IMG/VR virus record: IMGVR_UViG_3300022927_001696
Span: 1-64,000 of that record
DNA length: 64,000 bases
From: a virus
Reading direction: 5' to 3' (one strand)
Part shown: piece by piece, positions 57,417 through 64,000 of the stretch
Layout of the letters: every line of letters starts with the position of its first letter
Position numbering within the stretch: the first letter of the stretch is position 1
Notes under the pieces: generated by a model
Databases searched by the model: none
What the model saw: only the letters and a program-made list of their open reading frames with translations
What the model was told of the DNA's origin: nothing
Position numbers and translations under genes: made by a program

Positions 57417-58415
57417 ATGGCAAAAATTGATGTTACAGAACTAGATATATTCTATATTTCTTACGATGAACCTAATGCAGAAGAGCATTGGGCTGATTTA
57501 TTAAACAAAGTACCGTGGGCAAAACGTGTTCATGGAGTTACAGGCTTTGACGCCGCTCATAAGGCATGTGCAGAACAATCTGAAACAGACCGTTTTATCA
57601 CAGTAGATGGTGATAATATAGTTATGCCTGATTTCTTTGAGCAGGTATTGGATGTACCTGATACTGACCATGACGGTAATGACATCAGCCAAAGTATATT
57701 CAGTTGGAATGCTAAAAATATATTAAACGGTTTAGTATATGGTAATGGCGGACTTAAATGTTGGCCTAAGCAATATGCATTAGATATGAAAACACACGAA
57801 GATGCAGATGATGATGAAGGCATGGAATTTTGCTGGAAACTTAACTACATACAACTAAACGATACATTCTCAGAAGTACATCAGACTGCTTCTCCCTTCC
57901 AGGCATTTAGAGCAGGTTTTAGGGAAGGAGTAAAGATGAGCCTAGATCAAGGTTTAAGAGTTAGACCAGATGAATTTATACAAAAAATTTGGTATGGCAA
58001 CTATAATAGATTGCAAACTTGGTGTAACATTGGCAGTGATGTTGAGAACGGACTATGGGCAATATATGGTGCAAGACTAGGATGTGATATGACGGTATTA
58101 AGTGATTGGGACACTAATCTTATTTCAGACTACGATTGGTTTAAAGATTTTTTTAAGAATGACATAATTCCTCGTTTCCCTGGTGATACTATTTGTAACA
58201 ATACCAAAGTCTCTTACAACTCAGAAATGTTATATATTGCTATACAAGATTTAGGAGTAAAACTAAATGAAAACATAAATGAGATGATGCTATTTGATCC
58301 AAACGAACAAATGTGTAAATTTTTTAAAAAAACTTTTGTCAATCCTAGACGATGGGGTGTTATGATAAGAGAAAAACAAATACAAGATTTATTAGAAAAA
58401 GGATTAATTAAATGA
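57417..58415 (+). CDS. Glycosyltransferase-like protein (GT-A / GT2-like)
   Basis: FYISYDEPNA, RVHGVTGFDAAH, ITVDGDN (DxD), YGNGG, QAFRAGFREGVKM. Confidence 0.6.
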   Translation: MAKIDVTELDIFYISYDEPNAEEHWADLLNKVPWAKRVHGVTGFDAAHKACAEQSETDRFITVDGDNIVMPDFFEQVLDVPDTDHDGNDISQSIFSWNAKNILNGLVYGNGGLKCWPKQYALDMKTHEDADDDEGMEFCWKLNYIQLNDTFSEVHQTASPFQAFRAGFREGVKMSLDQGLRVRPDEFIQKIWYGNYNRLQTWCNIGSDVENGLWAIYGARLGCDMTVLSDWDTNLISDYDWFKDFFKNDIIPRFPGDTICNNTKVSYNSEMLYIAIQDLGVKLNENINEMMLFDPNEQMCKFFKKTFVNPRRWGVMIREKQIQDLLEKGLIK

Positions 58416-59065
58416 TTAAAAGATATGTATTAGGATTCGCTACAGCAATATTATTACTATTATTAAGTTTTAAAGTATCAGCACTTGATGTTGGTTTGGG
58501 TATAGAGGAAGATGACGGCGATATAGAAATTGATTTAAGTCTTGATTGGGCAAATGAAGTTGGCCCATGGCAATCAATTGTAGAATTCGATCATGTAACA
58601 GAAGAATCTCAAGGAGAAGAGAAAACAAATTTAACATATTTAAATTTAAAACAAAATTATCAGTATAGTGATAAAATATATGTTATAGGAATAGTGCAGT
58701 TCGATACAGATAAATTTAGGGAAGACTACAAAACAAGATCAGTAATTGGTGGTGGTATAGGTTATAAAATTTATAAATCAGATAGAATAAAAATTAGTAA
58801 CGAATTTTCTGTTGCATATTTAGAAAGTGATATTACAGAAGAAATATATAGAAATAGTTTATGGGCATCTTTTAAACTTGCAGAAAAGATAAATGCATCT
58901 AATAAGTTTTTATATGAGTCTGGCGATGAGCCCTATAAAAGAAATGAATTTGAAATAGATTATCAACTAACAGAAAATATGTTTATTGGATTATCATGGA
59001 GGAAAATACAAGAAGGATTAAAAGACAGAGATACAAAATCTTTAACTTTCAAAATTAAATTTTAA
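58412..59065 (+). CDS. Outer-membrane beta-barrel protein (DUF481 / YdiY-like)
   Basis: Signal peptide MIKRYVLGFATAILLLLLSFKVSA, DKF...GGGIGY, alternating beta-strand pattern, C-terminal LTFKIKF beta-signal. Confidence 0.7.
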   Translation: MIKRYVLGFATAILLLLLSFKVSALDVGLGIEEDDGDIEIDLSLDWANEVGPWQSIVEFDHVTEESQGEEKTNLTYLNLKQNYQYSDKIYVIGIVQFDTDKFREDYKTRSVIGGGIGYKIYKSDRIKISNEFSVAYLESDITEEIYRNSLWASFKLAEKINASNKFLYESGDEPYKRNEFEIDYQLTENMFIGLSWRKIQEGLKDRDTKSLTFKIKF

Positions 59066-60597
59066 TGAGCATATATGATCAAGCCGCAGATAAGGCCAAA
59101 GAACAATTAGATGCCATAAGCGATACAATGTGTTACGCAAAATGGACACAGGTGTCTATGCATTTAACAAATGGCAAAACACATAGTTGCTATCATCCTC
59201 CTACACATGATATAGATGTAGAAGAACTAGAGAATAATCCTTCAGCATTACATAATACAGCAGAAAAGAAAGAACAACGTAGACAAATGTTAGCAGGTGA
59301 ACGACCTGAAGGTTGTAGTTACTGTTGGCGTATAGAAGATGTAGGCGGTAGAAGTGATAGAGTTTATCGTAGTGGTGAATACTGGGCACAAAACGCCAGA
59401 GAAGAAATATCAGAAGCAGGTGCAGACGGAAATATAAATCCACGTTATGTAGAAGTAAACTTTAACCAAGCCTGTAATTTTAAATGCTCATATTGTTCTC
59501 CTCATTTAAGTAATAGTTGGGAAAAAGAGATTAAAGAATTTGGTGCATACAAGATAATAGATGGTGAGCATAACAATTTAGAAAGTTTAAGTAATCAGAG
59601 ATTACTACCACAAAAATTAGCACAAGGGGAAAATCCATACGTTACAGCATTTTGGAAATGGTGGCCTGAATTATACAAAACATTAGAAGTATTTCGTATG
59701 ACTGGGGGCGAGCCATTAATGGATAGTAATACATTTAAGGTTCTAGACTATGTGTATGAAAATCCAAATGCCTGGTTGGAGATGTCATTAACATCGAACA
59801 TGGTACCACCTAAACCTATCTTAATGGATATGTTTATAGAGAAACTACAAAGATTAGAAGAGATACAAATTTGGGAAGATCCAGAAAAGTTTAATCCAAA
59901 CTCTGGAAATAACTGGTATGTAGCACCAGCATGTAAGAACTTTGCCACGTTTGTAAGTGTAGATGGTTACGGTGTACAAGCAGAGTATATGCGTACAGGT
60001 ATGGATTTTTCAGTGCTACAAAAAAATGTAAAACGTATATTATCAGAAACAGATAATAGTACTATAACATTTATTAATACGTTCAATGTGTTAAGTCTTA
60101 CAAGTTTACGTGACTATTTACAATGGATATTAGACTTGCGAGATGAGTATGCTAAAGACAGACAAGGTATAAAATATATACCTATACCAGATAATGGTGA
60201 TCATAAACATGATGATTATGAAATAAGACCCAAACAAAGAATATGGTTTGATATTCCTTTACTAAGAGCACCTTTATGGCAATGTATACAAATATTACCT
60301 GAGTACTATCAAAGTTATTTAGAAGAAGCAATAGCATTTATGGAAATGAATCAAGCAGATGAAGTAAATATAGACTATAGAGGATTTAAAGACTTTGAGA
60401 TAGACAAAGTTAGACGTAATTTAGAATGGATGAAAGCAGGTTCTAAAATGGAAAAAGAAGAAGTTATCAAAGCAAGAGCAAATTTTTATAAATTTTTTAC
60501 GCAACATGACGAAAGAAGAAGCACAGATTTTTTAAGCACATTTCCTGAAATGGAAGACTGGTGGCAAATTTGTAAAGAGGCAGAGGCAATGGTATGA
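59065..60597 (+). CDS. Radical SAM enzyme with an N-terminal Twitch-like domain
   Basis: CNFKCSYC, TGGEP; N-terminal CYAKW...SCYH...GCSYCW. Confidence 0.9.
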   Translation: MSIYDQAADKAKEQLDAISDTMCYAKWTQVSMHLTNGKTHSCYHPPTHDIDVEELENNPSALHNTAEKKEQRRQMLAGERPEGCSYCWRIEDVGGRSDRVYRSGEYWAQNAREEISEAGADGNINPRYVEVNFNQACNFKCSYCSPHLSNSWEKEIKEFGAYKIIDGEHNNLESLSNQRLLPQKLAQGENPYVTAFWKWWPELYKTLEVFRMTGGEPLMDSNTFKVLDYVYENPNAWLEMSLTSNMVPPKPILMDMFIEKLQRLEEIQIWEDPEKFNPNSGNNWYVAPACKNFATFVSVDGYGVQAEYMRTGMDFSVLQKNVKRILSETDNSTITFINTFNVLSLTSLRDYLQWILDLRDEYAKDRQGIKYIPIPDNGDHKHDDYEIRPKQRIWFDIPLLRAPLWQCIQILPEYYQSYLEEAIAFMEMNQADEVNIDYRGFKDFEIDKVRRNLEWMKAGSKMEKEEVIKARANFYKFFTQHDERRSTDFLSTFPEMEDWWQICKEAEAMV

Positions 60598-60845
60598 ATA
60601 CAAAAGTAATAATTGACGCACTTAAAGAAGGAGTTGTAACAGTTGTATTCGAAAAAATAGATACAGGCGAAATAAGAACAATGCCTTGCACATTAAATAA
60701 TAAAATATCAGGGACAAGTATGACAATAAAAGATTACAGTAGTCCTGATACTTTAGTAATGTATGGCTTAGATGTAAAAGCATGGAGAGATGTAAGGGTA
60801 GATACTATACAAGATTGGTATGAAGGATATCCAAAGGAGAAATAA
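60594..60845 (+). CDS. WYL_2 / SH3-fold small protein
   Basis: LKEGVVTVVFEK...RTMPCTL...AWRDVRVD pattern. Confidence 0.65.
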   Translation: MNTKVIIDALKEGVVTVVFEKIDTGEIRTMPCTLNNKISGTSMTIKDYSSPDTLVMYGLDVKAWRDVRVDTIQDWYEGYPKEK

Positions 60846-62509
60846 TGGGAAGAAGGCAAGGCGAAAGTCACAGAGAATATAAAGCAAGGATGATAGATCC
60901 TGTTTCAGAATCCTTTTGTGGTGCTAAGTGGTACAATGCTACCATATGGCTAGGACACGGCGGAACAACCAGTTGTCACCATCCACCTGCACACCAAATT
61001 GATTTAGAAGAGATTAAAACTAATCCTTCTGCGATTCATAACACACGTCATAAAAAGAAAATGCGTGATATGATGCAGAAAGGTGATAGACCTAAAGAGT
61101 GTGAGTACTGTTGGAAGATAGAAGACATGGAAAAAGACTCTGATGGTAATGAGCCTGTAAGTGATAGAGTTTACAAAACAGTTATATATGAAGATGAAGA
61201 TTTACATACTGCGGCAACATTAGACCCGCAGTTTGATGTAAACTTAAAAACATTGGAAATAGCATTTAATAGAACTTGCCAATTAGCATGTAGTTATTGT
61301 AACCCAGCATTCTCCTCTACATGGGTAAAAGACATTAGAACTAATGGAGGTTATCAAGGAATTAAGAGTGATGCAAGAGGTCATTTTATCGACGATGCCC
61401 CCTACGCCGAACCATTTGATGAAGGGCAAGCCAACCCTTATGTGGATGCCTTCTGGAGATGGTGGCCAGAACTTAGTAAAGATTTAGAAGAAATCAGAGT
61501 TACAGGTGGAGAACCACTTATGACTCCTGACATTTATCAGTTGTTTGATTGGTTTGAAACAACAGACGAGCCAAATAAAGATAATATGAGATTTGCTATT
61601 AATAGTAATTTAATGGCAAAGAAAAGTTTACTAGACAAACTTATAGCAGGTACACAAAATATTAATAGATTCCATTTATATTCTAGTTGCGAAGCAATGG
61701 GCAAACAAGCAGAATATATCAGAGATGGATTAGATTGGGATACCTGGACACAAAATTTTGAAAGAATATGTAGCGAAGCAAATATTGAAGGACTACATAT
61801 GATGATGACAATCAATGCACTATGTTTAGATACCATAGTGGAATTTTTAGATTGGATGCTAGGAATGAAACGTAAATACGGTCATAATCGTCCTGGATTT
61901 ACCTGTAACATTTTACGTTTCCCTAGTTTCCAATCGCCTTTAACATTGCCTGACAACTTGCGTAAATTATATCACGACGAGATAAGTGCTTGGTTAGATG
62001 GAGTCAGAGAACGTGAAGAAAAGGATAAAGACGGATTACTACTAGTGCAACCTTGGGAACAAGACCAATTAACAAGACTAATAGAATACTTAGATGTTGT
62101 TAAGACTCCACATAGAAATACTGCTGACAAAGAACTATTAGAACATGATTTTAAATTATTTTATGAGCAATATGATGCTAGAAGAGGGTATAACTTTAAA
62201 GAAACATTTCCAAGACTTGCAGAATTTTATGATAATATAAAGATTATGTCAATAGGAGACAATGAATTAGACGTACAAGCACCTAAAACACACGGTGTTA
62301 CTGATAGTTTATATGCTAAACGTATTGTTACAGAAGACGGTGAAGTAAAAGTAGTTGAAATGAAAATGCGAGGAAGAGAAACAGGTGAAAGTCAAGATAA
62401 CTACGACGATGAAAAGTATGCTGATGATGAAAGAAAAAATAAAACTGGCAGTAGTATTGGTTGGGACACTGAAACAGATGGGTTAGGCGGAGAAGTAGGC
62501 AATGATTGA
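60845..62509 (+). CDS. Radical SAM enzyme with an N-terminal Twitch-like domain
   Basis: CQLACSYC, TGGEP; N-terminal CGAKW...SCHH...ECEYCW; paralog of 59065-60597. Confidence 0.9.
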   Translation: MGRRQGESHREYKARMIDPVSESFCGAKWYNATIWLGHGGTTSCHHPPAHQIDLEEIKTNPSAIHNTRHKKKMRDMMQKGDRPKECEYCWKIEDMEKDSDGNEPVSDRVYKTVIYEDEDLHTAATLDPQFDVNLKTLEIAFNRTCQLACSYCNPAFSSTWVKDIRTNGGYQGIKSDARGHFIDDAPYAEPFDEGQANPYVDAFWRWWPELSKDLEEIRVTGGEPLMTPDIYQLFDWFETTDEPNKDNMRFAINSNLMAKKSLLDKLIAGTQNINRFHLYSSCEAMGKQAEYIRDGLDWDTWTQNFERICSEANIEGLHMMMTINALCLDTIVEFLDWMLGMKRKYGHNRPGFTCNILRFPSFQSPLTLPDNLRKLYHDEISAWLDGVREREEKDKDGLLLVQPWEQDQLTRLIEYLDVVKTPHRNTADKELLEHDFKLFYEQYDARRGYNFKETFPRLAEFYDNIKIMSIGDNELDVQAPKTHGVTDSLYAKRIVTEDGEVKVVEMKMRGRETGESQDNYDDEKYADDERKNKTGSSIGWDTETDGLGGEVGND

Positions 62510-63266
62510 TCTTTATGCTAATATAGGCATGGCACATGAATGTGATTGGCAAGTCATAAAATCTAGAGTGGTAGCGGCGGCACAATGTAATGCTGATGCC
62601 GTAATAATGACAAAATCTACACCTAGAATTGCAATTCCGGAACACAAAAAATATGTTAGTATTCAGAGCAAGTGGGGAAATTTACCATATATAGAAGTCG
62701 CCGAGCAAAGTGAAGTTGATGACCTTGTAATTAAAAAATTTAATGATTTAACAAAACAAATTGGTATACCGGTAATATGGTGTATAACAGATTCAGAAGC
62801 AGGAGGTTGGGTAAAAGAAAAAACAGATTGCCAGCATGTTAAAATACATTACGATTTTAAAAATGATAAAGAAACAATAGATTATGCTATTAACAATTTT
62901 AAACAAATTATCTTATCAGGAGATAGTATTTGGAAGGATTACTGTATTAAATTATGTAAAAACGTAAGAGATCGCCAAAACTTCTCTTTTTACCATACAA
63001 CAAGTAAATTCCCTTCTCAAATAGAAGAACTAAATTTAAATCATATGAGAACATTTACTAAATTATCAGATTTCAAAATAGGATATGAAGGCAGATGTAA
63101 TGGTATTTTTCCAGATTGTTCTGTAGTATTTAAAGATGTAGATTTTATAGAAAAATATTTAGGTGATAATGATACAGAAAATTCTGTATTATTGAATCAT
63201 CAAGAATTTTATGATTTTTTTGTAAATATGAATCAATTAGAAGTTGCAAATGGCAAAAAAGATTAG
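62502..63266 (+). CDS. Degenerate NeuB (N-acetylneuraminate synthase)-like protein
   Basis: YANIGMAH...ADAV, HTTSKFP...ELNL, GYEGR and FIEKY match the NeuB motif layout with substitutions. Confidence 0.65.
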   Translation: MIDLYANIGMAHECDWQVIKSRVVAAAQCNADAVIMTKSTPRIAIPEHKKYVSIQSKWGNLPYIEVAEQSEVDDLVIKKFNDLTKQIGIPVIWCITDSEAGGWVKEKTDCQHVKIHYDFKNDKETIDYAINNFKQIILSGDSIWKDYCIKLCKNVRDRQNFSFYHTTSKFPSQIEELNLNHMRTFTKLSDFKIGYEGRCNGIFPDCSVVFKDVDFIEKYLGDNDTENSVLLNHQEFYDFFVNMNQLEVANGKKD

Positions 63267-64000
63267 ACCTAAATGGGAACACGGGCAAATGAGCCCAGAC
63301 TCAGAAAACAAAGTTTTTTGTACTGCACCTTGGACCCACACATATATTTCTCCTCAGTCAGAGAGGCGTATGTGCTGTGCCTCCCGCGAAGATCACATGA
63401 TGCAAAAGCAATATATAGATGCCAGTAATGACGAAAGTACAGGAATGTTTAGACCAGTAGGAACAATGGCAGACTATAAACCAGTAACACTAAAAGAACA
63501 CTGGAACTCAGCATATATGATGGACATAAGAAAGAAACTTATGGCAGGTGAGGAAATACCACAATGTAATGTTTGTAACGATAGTGTGTTAAGCCAAAGT
63601 ACATATAGACAATGGTTTACCGGTTACTTGTTTGAAAATAAAATAGATCAATGTTTTGAGGAGACAGACGAAAATGGATATACTACAATGGAACCTATCT
63701 CTTTTGATTATAGGGTTAGTAATTTATGCAATTTTAAATGCCGTATGTGTGGTGAGCCGCTCAGCTCAGCATGGGAGGCCGAGAAGCGAAAGCATAATCA
63801 ATGGTCGCCTGAAAACCAGCCGTTCATGGTTCCAGAGAATAAAAAGATAATAGACAAGTTTCAAAAGGAAGTAGTAGAAGAAGAATTTTGGGAATATATT
63901 TGTTCAGGAACAGTTGAAGAATTGTACTGGGTAGGCGGCGAACCATTAATGTATGATATACATTGGCGAGCAATGGATAGACTAGCACAAGATGATAATC
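63250..64000 (+). CDS. Third Twitch / radical SAM enzyme, runs off the right edge
   Basis: Not in the track. ATG at 63250 reads MAKKIRPKW...FCTAPW...MCCAS...QCNVC...SNLCNFKCRMC...VGGEPL. Confidence 0.88.
   Translation, partial: MAKKIRPKWEHGQMSPDSENKVFCTAPWTHTYISPQSERRMCCASREDHMMQKQYIDASNDESTGMFRPVGTMADYKPVTLKEHWNSAYMMDIRKKLMAGEEIPQCNVCNDSVLSQSTYRQWFTGYLFENKIDQCFEETDENGYTTMEPISFDYRVSNLCNFKCRMCGEPLSSAWEAEKRKHNQWSPENQPFMVPENKKIIDKFQKEVVEEEFWEYICSGTVEELYWVGGEPLMYDIHWRAMDRLAQDDN

Noticed and set aside
63656-63850. 64-aa ORF in the track
   Set aside because: An alternative frame inside the radical SAM gene that starts at 63250.
1-64000. Stop-codon reassignment as seen in some jumbo phages
   Set aside because: TAA, TAG and TGA all end genes at sensible positions, and very long ORFs are intact in code 11.
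1-64000. CRISPR arrays, tRNAs, rRNA, transposases, integrases
   Set aside because: No repeat-spacer periodicity, cloverleaf or recombinase motifs were seen by eye; a tRNAscan or CRISPR scan was not run.

Overview
An AT-rich, gene-dense 64-kb segment of a T4-like jumbo myophage read in standard genetic code. It is probably aquatic (inference), and an outer-membrane beta-barrel gene points to a Gram-negative host. From left to right: (1) a partial repeat-rich fibre gene and the head module (gp23, gp22, gp21, an acidic core protein, gp20) on the minus strand; (2) a tape measure gene facing away from a gp26/gp51-like pair that appears to be joined by a -1 slippery site; (3) a ~480-bp GC-enriched, hairpin-rich non-coding segment directly behind a GIY-YIG nuclease gene; (4) gp46 and gp47 with an inorganic pyrophosphatase inserted between them, then the late sigma factor gp55; (5) a baseplate operon including a 6025-aa protein, followed by fibre genes; (6) a cluster of glycosyltransferase-like genes, at least three Twitch/radical-SAM enzymes, a degenerate NeuB and a beta-barrel protein, with late-promoter-like motifs in front of several of these genes. 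The strongest candidates for undescribed biology are the GIY-YIG-linked structured RNA, the late glycosyltransferase/radical-SAM cluster, the gp26/gp51 frameshift, and TAAATA-N5-ATG leaderless late genes. All calls come from reading motifs by eye; no database searches or folding programs were run.
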